Below are positions 51,489 to 61,716 of a stretch of DNA of 64,000 nucleotides, in pieces. The stretch comes from Spirochaetia bacterium (GTDB taxonomy: Bacteria > Spirochaetota > Spirochaetia > CAKZLE01), in contig OY782041.1 of NCBI GenBank assembly GCA_963677595.1, positions 3,840,001-3,904,000 on the forward strand. The letters are read 5' to 3'. The position numbers and the translations under genes are program-made. The notes under the pieces were generated by a model, which saw only the letters and a list, made by a program, of their open reading frames with translations, was not told the origin of the DNA and made no database searches. The stretch's first letter is position 1, and each line of letters begins with the position of its first letter.

Positions 51489-53561
51489 ATGAGTTTAACC
51501 AGCGCAGATATCCGTAATATTTCAATTGTTGGTCATAATGGAACTGGCAAGACCACCTTGTTGGAACATATGCTCTACTACAGTGGCATCATCTCTAAGA
51601 CCGAGTCTGTCGATTCAGGCAAGACCGTCAGTGATTACACAGATGAGGAGATCAATAGGAAGATCTCCATCCACTCCTCCCTTTCCTGTTTCGAATGGAA
51701 AGAGAAGTCATTCAATGTACTCGACACACCTGGCACCGCCGATTTCGTCGGCGAGGTCGTATCATCGTTCCGTGCCACCGAATCAGCACTGATGATCCTT
51801 GATGGGCGAGCGGGTGTGCAGATCGAGACCATCAAGCTGTGGCGTCGATTGAACAATCGAAACATGCCGAGGGTAGTCTTCATCAACAAGATGGACTTGG
51901 ACCGGGCAAGTTTCGATTCTTCGTTTGATGACCTTACCCATAAGTTCAAGAAGACCTGTGTCCCGGTCACCATCCCTGTCGGGTCCGGTGCTGAGTACCG
52001 CGGAGTCGTGAACCTCATCGAGAACAAGGCCTACCTCATCCCAGAACCCGGGGAGGCGGACGGACCGTCGGCAATTCCCGAAGACCTCACAGACCTCGTT
52101 GAGGAGTACCGTGAGCGGCTCATCGAGACGGCTGCGGAAGGTGATGACGACCTGCTCGATAAGTATTTCGAGGAAGGGACACTCACCCCTGATGAGATCA
52201 GGACCGGCCTGTTCGAGGGTCTGCGGGACAACAAGATCGTTCCCGTCCTCTGCGGGAGCGCAGAGAAGAACAACGGTATCGTCTCCCTGCTGAACTTCCT
52301 CTCCTTCGCTGCTCCCTCCCCTGACCGAATCAATGAGCGGATCAGCCTGAACGGTGAAGAACAGCTGCTCCCCGTCCATATGGACGACTCTCCCTCCCTC
52401 TTCTCATTCAAGACCACGATCGACCAGTTCTCCGGGAAACTCTCCTTCATCAAGGTCGTCACCGGGCGGATCGCCGGCGATACCGAGCTGGTCAATCCCC
52501 ATATCGGGAAGAAGGAGAAACCCGGGAAACTCTACAAGGCTGTCGGCAAGAAGCTCATCGAGACGAAGGAGCTCATCGCGGGCGAGATCGGCATCATCGC
52601 CAAGTCAAACTCCCTTGCGACGAATGAGACCTTCTGTGCGACTGACGTGAAATACACCTTCATGCCGCTTGACCTGCCGCACCCGACCTATTCACTCACG
52701 ATCAAGGCCGGCGACAAGAAATCTGAGGATAAGATGAATGCCGCCCTCCACCGTGTCACTGAAGAGGACCTCACCTTCCAGATGAGCTTCAACAAGGAGA
52801 CCAAGGAAGATGTCATCGGCGGTATGGGAGAGCTCCACCTCAACATGATCCTTGACAAGGTCATGGAGAAGAACAAGATCTCCATCACCACCGACATCCC
52901 GCAGGTAGCCTATCGTGAGACGATCACGAAATCTGCCAGTGCAGAGTATACCCACAAGAAGCAGTCAGGCGGTCACGGACAGTACGGGCGTGTCATCTTC
53001 AATGTCAAGCCGCTTCCCCGTGGTGAGTTCTACTCCTTCGAGAACCTGATCAAAGGCGGATCCGTCTCCAAGGGCTACATGCCTGGTATCGAGAAAGGTA
53101 TCCATGAGGCCATGGAAGAGGGGTTCCTCGCAGGGTTCCCGCTCGTCGATATCGGGGTCGAGATCGTAGATGGTAAGGAACACCCGGTCGACAGTTCTGA
53201 GATGGCATTCAAGCTCGCATCCAAGGGTGCCCTGAAGGCTGCCATGCAGAGTGCCGGTGCCGTGCTGCTCGAGCCGATCATGCGGCTCCATGTCTTCATC
53301 GAGGACACCTACCTCGGCGATATCCTCTCAGACCTCAGCTCCAAGCGGGGCAGAGTCCATGGGCAGGAAGATGTGGGCGGTGGTATCCAGGTGGTCGAAG
53401 CAGAGGTGCCCCAGTCCGAGATGCTCAAGTATGCCATCGACCTGAAGTCGATCACTTCAGGCACCGGTTCCTTCGAGCTCGAGTTCGACCACTACCAGAC
53501 ACTCTCGGGCAAGGCTGCCCAGGATGTCATCGACAGTGCTAAAGCACAACACGACGAATAA
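51489..53561 (+). CDS. Elongation factor G-like protein (EF-G II type)
   Basis: GHNGTGKTT, RKISI, DTPGT, NKMD, GMGELHL, KKQSGGHGQYG, HPVDSSEMAF. Confidence 0.92.
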   Translation: MSLTSADIRNISIVGHNGTGKTTLLEHMLYYSGIISKTESVDSGKTVSDYTDEEINRKISIHSSLSCFEWKEKSFNVLDTPGTADFVGEVVSSFRATESALMILDGRAGVQIETIKLWRRLNNRNMPRVVFINKMDLDRASFDSSFDDLTHKFKKTCVPVTIPVGSGAEYRGVVNLIENKAYLIPEPGEADGPSAIPEDLTDLVEEYRERLIETAAEGDDDLLDKYFEEGTLTPDEIRTGLFEGLRDNKIVPVLCGSAEKNNGIVSLLNFLSFAAPSPDRINERISLNGEEQLLPVHMDDSPSLFSFKTTIDQFSGKLSFIKVVTGRIAGDTELVNPHIGKKEKPGKLYKAVGKKLIETKELIAGEIGIIAKSNSLATNETFCATDVKYTFMPLDLPHPTYSLTIKAGDKKSEDKMNAALHRVTEEDLTFQMSFNKETKEDVIGGMGELHLNMILDKVMEKNKISITTDIPQVAYRETITKSASAEYTHKKQSGGHGQYGRVIFNVKPLPRGEFYSFENLIKGGSVSKGYMPGIEKGIHEAMEEGFLAGFPLVDIGVEIVDGKEHPVDSSEMAFKLASKGALKAAMQSAGAVLLEPIMRLHVFIEDTYLGDILSDLSSKRGRVHGQEDVGGGIQVVEAEVPQSEMLKYAIDLKSITSGTGSFELEFDHYQTLSGKAAQDVIDSAKAQHDE

Positions 53562-53584
53562 GTTCTATATATAACCAACGAACT

Positions 53585-53634
53585 GAGGCTGCAGCGACGG
53601 TAGGGATACCGGAACCTGCAGCCTCTCTTTTTTT
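53585..53634 (+). terminator. Rho-independent terminator
   Basis: gaggctgcag/ctgcagcctc stem with inner cggta-GGGA-taccg hairpin and a U-tract. Confidence 0.8.
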
Positions 53635-54314
53635 CAGCGCCTCTCGAACCAGAGTTCCCTGATCTCATGGGATTTATCGATCCCCTTTGCCTCGAACTTG
53701 GTCTGGGGCCTCCAGGGGATATGCTCGGCATAGGTATCAGCACTGTTCTTCAGGAGCTCCTCACCGACGAGCACCTCCAGCATCTGTTCGGCGTACTCCA
53801 CCCAGTCCGTGACTGCGTAGATATAGCCGCCCTCCTTCAGCTTCGTGGCGAGCAGGTGCACGAATGCGGTATTGAGCAGTCTCCGCTTGTGGTGTTTCTT
53901 CTTCGGCCAGGGGTCTGGGAAGAAGATATGAAAGCCGTCGATGCTGCTGTCAGGGACCATGTATTTGAGTACCTCTACGGCATCGTGCTCGATGATCCTG
54001 AGGTTCTCCAACCCGTACCGCTCGATCTCGCTGAGCAGTTTCCCGATCCCGGGACGATGCACCTCGATCCCGAGGTAGTTGTTCTGCGGGAACTCTCTCG
54101 CGATCCTTGCTGTCGAGACCCCCATGCCGAAGCCGATCTCGATGATGGTCTGCCCCTCCTGAGCGAAACAGGAGGCTATATCGGTCTCTTTCCCGCTATA
54201 GGGTATGGCATAGGTATCGTACAGCCCATCGATCGCACGCTGCTGCAGCGGGCTGAGCCTGCCGCCCCGGATCACGAAACTCCTGATCTCTCTTCTCTTA
54301 CCAGTCTCTTCCAT
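53634..54314 (-). CDS. trmB: tRNA (guanine-N7)-methyltransferase
   Basis: EIGFGMG, GIEVH, FFPDPWPKKKHHKRRL, TKFE. Confidence 0.96.
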   Translation of the reverse strand: MEETGKRREIRSFVIRGGRLSPLQQRAIDGLYDTYAIPYSGKETDIASCFAQEGQTIIEIGFGMGVSTARIAREFPQNNYLGIEVHRPGIGKLLSEIERYGLENLRIIEHDAVEVLKYMVPDSSIDGFHIFFPDPWPKKKHHKRRLLNTAFVHLLATKLKEGGYIYAVTDWVEYAEQMLEVLVGEELLKNSADTYAEHIPWRPQTKFEAKGIDKSHEIRELWFERR

Positions 54315-54324
54315 TACCTCTTCC

Positions 54325-57300
54325 TTATAGGAGCCGCTGCAGCTTCTCGAGGATGAAAAGCGACTTATCCTTCAATGAGACTGCCTCGGTCTTGAGCAGC
54401 ATGATGTTCGGGGCCTTCGGGTCGATGGTGACCTGCCCGTTGCTCTCCTTGATCAGCTGCAGCACCTTCTCTATCGAAATCTCAGCAACCTTGGAGAACT
54501 CGGCTGATACGACTCCCCGGCTCTCTCTCATGGTGAATATAGACATCCTCTTGCACAGGACCTTCAGCTCCGCGATATACAGCAGGTTCGTCATATCCTC
54601 AGGCATCCTGCCGAACCGGTCCTCGAGTTCTGCCTCGAGCATCATCAGCTGCTCCGCCTCTGATATGGACGCGATCTTCTTGTAGATGTCGAACTTGACG
54701 CTCGGGTCACTGATATAGGTATCGGGGATGAAGCCCGAGTAGTCAAGGTCGAGAAAGACCTCACGGTCCTTATCGGTCGGGAGGTCCTGCAGGTCGGCTA
54801 TCGCCTCATCCAGGATCCTCAGGTACATGTCGAGCCCGACGGCAGCCATCTGCCCGTGCTGCTCACGCCCGAGCAGGTTCCCTGCCCCGCGGATCTCCAT
54901 GTCCTTCATGGCGATCTTGAACCCGGACCCGAGGTCGGTATGCTCCGAGAGGATCTTCAGCCGCTTCATGGCCACTTCCGAGAGCACATGCCTGCTCGGG
55001 TAGAGCAGGATCGCATGAGCTTCCACATTCGAGCGCCCGACACGCCCACGCAGCTGATAGAGCTGGCTGATCCCGTAGATATCAGCGCGGTCGATGATGA
55101 TGGTGTTCACGTTCGGGATGTCGATCCCGTTCTCGATGATCGTCGTCGCTACCAGGACCTGGAAGGCGCCATGGACGAAACGCCTCATCTTATCCTCGAT
55201 CTCGTCGGCATCCATCTGCCCGTGCGCGAAGTCGATTGATATCTCGGGGACGATACGGCCGAGCAGGCGTATCACCTCATCGAGCGTCCGGATACGGTTA
55301 TGGAGGAAAAAGACCTGCCCTCCCCGGGCGACCTCCTTCCTGATCGCTGCAGCGATGAGCTCCTCATCGAACTCCTCGATCGTCGTCTGGATCGGCCGTC
55401 TCTGGAACGGCGGGGTGGTGAGCAGGGACATGTCCCTGATCTTGAGCAGCGACATATAGAGGGTCCTCGGTATCGGGGTCGCCGACAGGGCGAGTGAATC
55501 GACCGCAGTACGCAGCTGCTTGATCCGCTCCTTATCCTTCACCCCGAAACGCTGCTCCTCATCGACGATCATGAGGCCTAAGTTGCTGAACTGCAGGTCT
55601 TTCTGTATGATCCGGTGCGTCCCCACGAGAATATCGATCTTGTTGGCATTGAACTGCGCGACCGTTGTCTTCTGGTGCTTCTTATCGACGAACCTTGAGA
55701 GCATGCCGACTGTTACCGGGTAGGACCCGATCCGCTCCTTGAGCGTGTCGTAATGCTGTTCGGCCAGGATCGTGGTCGGGGCGAGGAACGCCACCTGCTT
55801 ACCGGACATGACTGCCTTGAAGGCTGCCCTGATGGCGATCTCGGTCTTCCCGAACCCGACATCCCCGCAGATGAGCCGGTCCATGGTCCTGGTGCTCTCC
55901 ATGTCATCCTTGACATCCTGGATGCAGGTCAGCTGGTCGTCAGTCTCCTCATAGGGGAATGCAGCCTCGAACTCGAGCTGCCAGTCGGTATCCTTCGAGA
56001 AGGGGTATCCCGGGGTCTGCTGGCGCTTGGCGTAGAGCTCTATGAGCATCTTCGCTAAGTCCTCGGCAGACTTCCTCGCCTTGGCCTTGCGTCCTTCCCA
56101 AGACCGCCCCCCGATGGTATCGAGCCGCGGTGCCTTACCCTCGCTCCCGATATAGCGCTGTACGAGGTTGGCCTGCTCGATCGGGATGAAGATATGGTCT
56201 TCCTTGGCATACTCGATATCGATATAGTCCCGTTCCTTACCTGCGGCCTTGATCCGGTCTATCTTGGTGAACCGGCCGATACCGTAGTTGATATGGACGA
56301 CGATATCGCCGGGATTGAGGTCTATGAAGGAATCAAGGGGGCTGGTCTTGTAGTGGACATGGGCCTTCTGCACCTTCCTCCGCCTGCCGAAGATCTCATG
56401 TTCACAGATGACGATGAGCTTGCGCTCAGGCAGGGAGAAGCCGGTAGAGTACTCTTCCTCGATGACCGTGACCCGGTCATCGTGGAGCATATGTTCCAGC
56501 CGCTCCTGCTGCTGCTTGGACCCTGCCGATATGATGACCGTGTATGCTTCACCAAGCAGGGACTCCACCTCTTCGCGGAAATAGTTGATATTCCCGAAGA
56601 AGGACCGCGGCCCCCCCATCGAGAAGGCGACCGTCCCTTCCCGCTGGCCCTTGATGTCCAGGAAGTGTATGTTCTGGCCATGAGAGGCCTGCAGTGGTTC
56701 GATCTGGAGCAGGAGGTCCCTCGGCCGTATGAGCCCGGGATGGTCGTTGAACAGTGCTCCATACCCCCCCTTGCTCTCCGTGACGAAAGACTGCTCGGAG
56801 GTAAGGATGCTCGTATCCCCCATCCAGCAGAGGGTATCGGATTCTTTGATATATGCTTCAAGGGTGGCCAGTTCTGCCAAGTCGTTGGAATGGGACCCGA
56901 TGAACAGCGATACCGTATTGACTCGTTCCACGGAATCCTGGGTCAGCGGGTCGTAGAATACGATGTGGTCGATGGTATCCCATTCGATGAAGATACGTAC
57001 AGGCAGTTGGGCATCGAGGCTGTAGAGGTCGATGACCTCCCCCCTGATGCTGAACTCCCCGGGAACGGAGGTTCTCGGCACACGAAGGTAGTCCGCCTCA
57101 CCGAGCAGCCCGGCAAGCTGCTCCGGGTCTATCTCCTGCCCGACCGAGAACTCCAGGGTGTTCCCGCTGATCTCCTCAGGCTTGACCACCGGGGAGATGA
57201 AAGCACGAACGGTCGTGAGGATGATATGCCTCTCCTCGCTGGTCCTGATGGTATGAAGCACATGCTGCTGTTCATCGGTGTTCACACTCCCGTCAAGCAG

Positions 57301-57576
57301 TGTCGCATAGAGTTCTTTTCCTGTGGAGGGGAAAACAACATGTTCGCAGCCGAAGAGCCCCAGGTCGTCAGAGGCATGACGCACGCCCTCGACAGTCGGG
57401 AAGACCGCCCAGAGGTTCCCCCCTGACAGTCCTGCGATCTCGGAGAGCAGGACCGATGTCACGGGGAAATCTACCCCTTCGATGAAGGTGTCCTTACGCC
57501 TCGAGGCAAGCGAAGACAGGACCTGCTGCTGTGTCAGGTCCTCCTGGATGTATCTGCGAATAAGCTTCTTTTCCAT
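54325..57576 (-). CDS. mfd: Transcription-repair coupling factor
   Basis: [44 protein letters not shown]. Confidence 0.97.
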   Translation of the reverse strand: MEKKLIRRYIQEDLTQQQVLSSLASRRKDTFIEGVDFPVTSVLLSEIAGLSGGNLWAVFPTVEGVRHASDDLGLFGCEHVVFPSTGKELYATLLDGSVNTDEQQHVLHTIRTSEERHIILTTVRAFISPVVKPEEISGNTLEFSVGQEIDPEQLAGLLGEADYLRVPRTSVPGEFSIRGEVIDLYSLDAQLPVRIFIEWDTIDHIVFYDPLTQDSVERVNTVSLFIGSHSNDLAELATLEAYIKESDTLCWMGDTSILTSEQSFVTESKGGYGALFNDHPGLIRPRDLLLQIEPLQASHGQNIHFLDIKGQREGTVAFSMGGPRSFFGNINYFREEVESLLGEAYTVIISAGSKQQQERLEHMLHDDRVTVIEEEYSTGFSLPERKLIVICEHEIFGRRRKVQKAHVHYKTSPLDSFIDLNPGDIVVHINYGIGRFTKIDRIKAAGKERDYIDIEYAKEDHIFIPIEQANLVQRYIGSEGKAPRLDTIGGRSWEGRKAKARKSAEDLAKMLIELYAKRQQTPGYPFSKDTDWQLEFEAAFPYEETDDQLTCIQDVKDDMESTRTMDRLICGDVGFGKTEIAIRAAFKAVMSGKQVAFLAPTTILAEQHYDTLKERIGSYPVTVGMLSRFVDKKHQKTTVAQFNANKIDILVGTHRIIQKDLQFSNLGLMIVDEEQRFGVKDKERIKQLRTAVDSLALSATPIPRTLYMSLLKIRDMSLLTTPPFQRRPIQTTIEEFDEELIAAAIRKEVARGGQVFFLHNRIRTLDEVIRLLGRIVPEISIDFAHGQMDADEIEDKMRRFVHGAFQVLVATTIIENGIDIPNVNTIIIDRADIYGISQLYQLRGRVGRSNVEAHAILLYPSRHVLSEVAMKRLKILSEHTDLGSGFKIAMKDMEIRGAGNLLGREQHGQMAAVGLDMYLRILDEAIADLQDLPTDKDREVFLDLDYSGFIPDTYISDPSVKFDIYKKIASISEAEQLMMLEAELEDRFGRMPEDMTNLLYIAELKVLCKRMSIFTMRESRGVVSAEFSKVAEISIEKVLQLIKESNGQVTIDPKAPNIMLLKTEAVSLKDKSLFILEKLQRLL

Positions 57577-57683
57577 CTCTAGATGCAACCTATCACAATG
57601 CAAACCTTCATTCAATAGAATCTTGGGATAACTTGTCTCTCTCCCCATATGGACTATTCTCCCGATAACCCCGATAATACCGT

Positions 57684-58511
57684 ATGAGAGAAATGGAGAA
57701 GGACATGAGCATGAGACGAGAAGATTTCACTGCCCTGGTGGATGCTGTGCGGCACTGCGCTGACTATGCGGTCGAGGCCCAGCGGAACATCACGCGGGAC
57801 TACAAGGATGACGGGACGGTCCTGACAGCCACTGACCTCTATATAAGCGACTACCTGCTTGCAGTGATCAGGGAGCATTTCCCCGATTGCAGCGTCATCT
57901 CCGAAGAGGAGAAGACTGAGCGTCATCTGCAGGCTCCCTACACCTTCGTCATCGACCCCATCGACGGTACCGATGTCTACAGCCAGGGCTTCCCCTCCTG
58001 GTGCATCGCCGTAGGCATCATGGATGCCGGGTTCTCCCCGGTAGGATCGATCATCTCGGCACCCCGCTGGGGCGTCGGCACCATCGACGGCCTGCTGCTG
58101 ACCCTCTTCCCGGGAGATGAGCTCCCACAGCTGAACGGAGAGGTCTTCTCCATCGAGGGGAAGGATTTCTCATCCGTCAGCCAGCTTATTGTCTGTTCCG
58201 GCTCCTACAAGACGATCGACTTCTCCCGCATCTACGGGAAACTGCGGAGCTTCGGGAGCAACATCCTCCATATCCTCGCCCCGGGGATCTACAACCATAT
58301 CCAGGGTGCTGTGTTCGCCGGCTGCTACATCTGGGATATCGCAGCGGCTCATGCGATCGTGCAGTCACTCGGCCTGGAGATACGGTATCTCTCAGGTGAG
58401 CCCTTCAGCTATACCGAGGCCCTTCTCTCCCGTGACATCTTCTCAGGCTATGCACTTGTCAGCGACCCTGCAGGACTCGATATCCTGCAGGATGCCGTAC
58501 GGCTTCGATAA
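57684..58511 (+). CDS. Inositol monophosphatase family protein
   Basis: SEE, IDPIDGT, WDIAAA; alternative start at ~57705 with RBS. Confidence 0.88.
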   Translation: MREMEKDMSMRREDFTALVDAVRHCADYAVEAQRNITRDYKDDGTVLTATDLYISDYLLAVIREHFPDCSVISEEEKTERHLQAPYTFVIDPIDGTDVYSQGFPSWCIAVGIMDAGFSPVGSIISAPRWGVGTIDGLLLTLFPGDELPQLNGEVFSIEGKDFSSVSQLIVCSGSYKTIDFSRIYGKLRSFGSNILHILAPGIYNHIQGAVFAGCYIWDIAAAHAIVQSLGLEIRYLSGEPFSYTEALLSRDIFSGYALVSDPAGLDILQDAVRLR

Positions 58512-58531
58512 TTGTCACCAACAGTGACGTG

Positions 58532-59221
58532 TCAGTCCGTGATGACGCCTCTGTCCTTCCACTTGCGTGCGATGTAGATGAACGGGGTGTCCGCGAGCGC
58601 GACTACCCACTTGAGCAAGTAGGTAGTGACCACGATCTCTATGAGGACCGGGGTCGGGAAGACACCCATGAAAGCGATGAGGGTGAACACGACAGAATCG
58701 ATGAGCTGGCTCACCATGGTGCTCAGGTTGTTCCTGACCCAGATCTTGCCTGTTGAGGGGAACCGCTTCTTCCAGAAGTCATAGGCCCAGATATCATGGA
58801 GCTGGGAGATTCCGTAGGCTATGAGGGAGGCGATAGCGATCCGCGGCATGAGCGAGAAGATGGTGCTCATGCTCTCCTGCACGAAATCTGATTCGGCAGG
58901 GACGAAGAGCAGGGCGATGTTCATGAGGACGGTCATGATGATCAGTGAGAAGAACCCGATCCCGACAGCCTTCCTCGCCTGCTCCTTGCCGTAGTTCTCG
59001 CTGAGGATATCTGTGACGAGGAAACTCGTGGCATAGACGATGTTCCCGAGTGTTGCCTCGAACCCGAAGAGCTCGACAGTCTTCGTTACCTGTATGTTGG
59101 CGATGATCGCCGCGATCGGGACCCATATATAGAGACCGAGCTTCCCGAAGAGGCGATAACTCACCAGTATCGCCGCGAAGTTCAAGACCAGCATGAGAAG
59201 CCATAACCATTCATTCATCAT
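58532..59221 (-). CDS. Queuosine precursor transporter (YhhQ/Vut_1 family)
   Basis: ANIQVTK, FLVTDILSENYG, PRIAIASLIAY.ISQ, RNNLSTMVSQLIDS..F..IAF, DTPFIY. Confidence 0.9.
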   Translation of the reverse strand: MMNEWLWLLMLVLNFAAILVSYRLFGKLGLYIWVPIAAIIANIQVTKTVELFGFEATLGNIVYATSFLVTDILSENYGKEQARKAVGIGFFSLIIMTVLMNIALLFVPAESDFVQESMSTIFSLMPRIAIASLIAYGISQLHDIWAYDFWKKRFPSTGKIWVRNNLSTMVSQLIDSVVFTLIAFMGVFPTPVLIEIVVTTYLLKWVVALADTPFIYIARKWKDRGVITD

Positions 59222-59736
59222 TGTTGTTGTACCCCACTATTTCTGCGTTCAGGTTCCACGATCTCGACAGACTCGAACGGTAGGCCGAAGGTACGGCATA
59301 CCCGGACGAGCAGCTCGTTCCGCACTACCAGCAGGAGCTGACCCGTATACTGCCGCAGAACCAAATTCAGGACATCATAATATCCTTTCCGCTCCAGTTC
59401 AAGATGCCCGATCTCATCTATGGCCAGAATCTCGTCAGAAAGCCCTGATTCTATCTCCCCGGCAGCCCATCCCATGACCGCGGGGTCCATCCAGAACCTG
59501 CCCACCGGCTGCCAGCCTGCATGCCCTGCACTATCCATGAGCAGCCGGTGTTCACCTCTCTTGATGGATGTGAGGGAGAACCCGCTCTTCCGGCTCCCCG
59601 TACCATCATAGATCCCGTCAGCGATGATCCCGGAGACTGATGTCGATTCAGGAAGGTCAGCGAGCATCTGCCGGAGCATGGTGGTCTTGCCGCAGTTTAT
59701 CTCGCCGGTTATGATTCTTATACTCAAATTATCCAT
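59218..59736 (-). CDS. P-loop NTPase (NTPase_1/DUF2478-like)
   Basis: ITGEINCGKTT, VGRF, IDEIGHLEL, LLVVR. Confidence 0.8.
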   Translation of the reverse strand: MDNLSIRIITGEINCGKTTMLRQMLADLPESTSVSGIIADGIYDGTGSRKSGFSLTSIKRGEHRLLMDSAGHAGWQPVGRFWMDPAVMGWAAGEIESGLSDEILAIDEIGHLELERKGYYDVLNLVLRQYTGQLLLVVRNELLVRVCRTFGLPFESVEIVEPERRNSGVQQQ

Positions 59737-59784
59737 GGAACCATGGTATCATGATAGGAGAGAAACGACTACAGGAGGAAACAG

Positions 59785-59955
59785 ATGGCTGAAAAAGAAC
59801 GACCGGCTATGGAACTGCTCATTGACCAGAAGGGGCTTCCCCTCAATCCCTTCGTCGAGGACCTGCTCATGAACCTCAACATCACCTTCATCGATACGCT
59901 GAAGAAGACAGAGGGCTGGGAGGAGCTGGTCCTGACGATCCGTCGACCCCGCTAG
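59785..59955 (+). CDS. Small hypothetical protein (56 aa), absent from ORF track
   Basis: AGGAGGA RBS; MAEKERPAMELLIDQKGLPLNPFVEDLLMNLNITFIDTLKKTEGWEELVLTIRRPR; host-like codon usage; fills the intergenic gap. Confidence 0.75.
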   Translation: MAEKERPAMELLIDQKGLPLNPFVEDLLMNLNITFIDTLKKTEGWEELVLTIRRPR

Positions 59956-60599
59956 AGGAAACTCTGCAGCACCTCATAGGCATTGTTCGAGTCGCTGCGT
60001 TCTATGACGAAGGTCAACTCGTTCATGGTGGACACGATCTCATAGACATTGATATTGTTCCAGGACAGCTTCCTCACAGCCTCGTAGACCACCCCTGGTG
60101 TGTGGAGGAAGTCACCTGAGAAGATCACGGTCAAGGCGACCATGTCATCGAGCCGGTGCAGGATCTCCTCACCGGCGATGATCTCCATCAATTCGGGTAT
60201 ATACTTATCGCTGATAGCGATACTCACCTCATTGTTCCCGAGCGTGATGTTGAGGAAGTCCCCACGCTCGATCGATACGATGTGGTAGAGCTGCTTGATC
60301 TTCTCTAAGACACTCGCAGTCTTCTCCAGGTTGATATCGAAGATATTGGTCTTCATCATCAGCTCATACTGGATGACAGCTGTCTCCTTATCCTCATCGC
60401 GCCGCTTAAGCTCATCCCCGTACCGCCTGAGCGCCATGACCACGGCAGAGTGTCGAACCTCCTTACCGAGCATCTCCTCGATCTCATCGGTGATGATGTC
60501 TGCGAGGTTCCCGAAGCTCACGATCCCCCGAGACATCGACTCGATGAGGAAGGGCTTCCTGTCTATGATGCGCTTGACGCAGTTACTGATGGTATCCAT
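59952..60599 (-). CDS. ACT-domain-containing protein (often labelled 'aspartate kinase'; no kinase domain)
   Basis: N-terminal helical AVVMALRRY segment; C-terminal TPGVVY..NINVYEIVSTMNELTFVI ACT-like. Confidence 0.75.
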   Translation of the reverse strand: MDTISNCVKRIIDRKPFLIESMSRGIVSFGNLADIITDEIEEMLGKEVRHSAVVMALRRYGDELKRRDEDKETAVIQYELMMKTNIFDINLEKTASVLEKIKQLYHIVSIERGDFLNITLGNNEVSIAISDKYIPELMEIIAGEEILHRLDDMVALTVIFSGDFLHTPGVVYEAVRKLSWNNINVYEIVSTMNELTFVIERSDSNNAYEVLQSFL

Positions 60600-60632
60600 T
60601 AATCTTCCTTGTTACTATTACAACTGATTGTT

Positions 60633-60661
60633 ATTATATGCACAAATTGTGAATTAATCAA
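60633..60661 (-). promoter_or_regulatory. Promoter of the ACT-domain gene
   Basis: TTGATT-17-TATAAT. Confidence 0.6.
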
Positions 60662-60756
60662 CAGATTTCATAACTTTCTAAGGGTGGGTCGCAGCCACTA
60701 TCGAACTGGTCATATCATGTTCATGGTACTTTTATAGTGCTGAAAATATTTTATCC

Positions 60757-60826
60757 TTGACAGACCGCTAATGAATAGCTAGAATGTTCATAACGTATCA
60801 TTTTAACGAATATAATGTATCGTTAA
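60757..60826 (+). promoter_or_regulatory. Transketolase operon promoter with downstream palindrome
   Basis: TTGACA-17-TAGAAT; TTAACGA-N10-TCGTTAA at 60803-60826. Confidence 0.65.
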
Positions 60827-60875
60827 TTTGAATCGAGTATAATCATATGTCAATTAATTAAGCAGGAGTAATAAA

Positions 60876-61712
60876 ATGGATAAAACCGGCATACGCAAAT
60901 TGGAGCTCCAGGCCGCTTATTGCAGAAAAGCAGTTCTGCGGATGGTCAAAGCTAATCATGCAGGTCATCTCGGTCCGGCATTCTCATGCATGGACTTCGT
61001 CACCGCAGTCTATTTTCACGCCATGAAGGTAGACCCTAAGAACCCCAAGTTGCCTGAACGGGACCGTTTCATCCTGTCTGCTGGGCATAAATGTCTTGCA
61101 CAGTATGCTGCACTCTCAGAACTGGGGTTCTTTGATGAGGCTGTCCTCGATACCTTCGGGAGCCTCGATGCGAAGATTCCCGGTCACCCTGACATGCACA
61201 AGCTTCCTGGAGTCGAAGCAAATACCGGTGCATTGGGACATGGTCTCAACCTTGCATGCGGAATGGGGCTTGCCGCCCGGCTTGATGACAACGGATCACG
61301 TGTCTTCGTCATCATGGGTGACGGTGAACTTGCAGAGGGATCTAACTGGGAAGCTGCAGCTGTTGCCGCCCATTACAAACTCGACAATATCGTCGTGATC
61401 GTGGACCAGAACAACCTCCAGATCAGCGGCCGTACCTATGATGTGATGGATTTCACACCGGTAGCAGACCATTTCACCGGTTTCGGCTGGGCTGCTCGAG
61501 AGGTCAACGGACATGATATGGGCGAGATCGTAGACGCACTTGATGCCCTTCCCTTCGAAAAAGGCAAACCCAACCTCATAGTTGCCCATACCACCAAGGG
61601 AAAGGGATGCTCATTTGCAGAAGACCAGGCTTCTTACCATTACTGGAAGACCACCGATGAGACGCTCCTGCAGGCTGAGAAAGAGATAGCAGACATAATA
61701 GAGAGGATGTAG
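60876..61712 (+). CDS. Transketolase, N-terminal (TPP-binding) subunit
   Basis: RDRFILSAGH, GHP, TGALGHG, GDGELAEGSNWEA, TTKGKG. Confidence 0.93.
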   Translation: MDKTGIRKLELQAAYCRKAVLRMVKANHAGHLGPAFSCMDFVTAVYFHAMKVDPKNPKLPERDRFILSAGHKCLAQYAALSELGFFDEAVLDTFGSLDAKIPGHPDMHKLPGVEANTGALGHGLNLACGMGLAARLDDNGSRVFVIMGDGELAEGSNWEAAAVAAHYKLDNIVVIVDQNNLQISGRTYDVMDFTPVADHFTGFGWAAREVNGHDMGEIVDALDALPFEKGKPNLIVAHTTKGKGCSFAEDQASYHYWKTTDETLLQAEKEIADIIERM

Positions 61713-61716
61713 TGAT

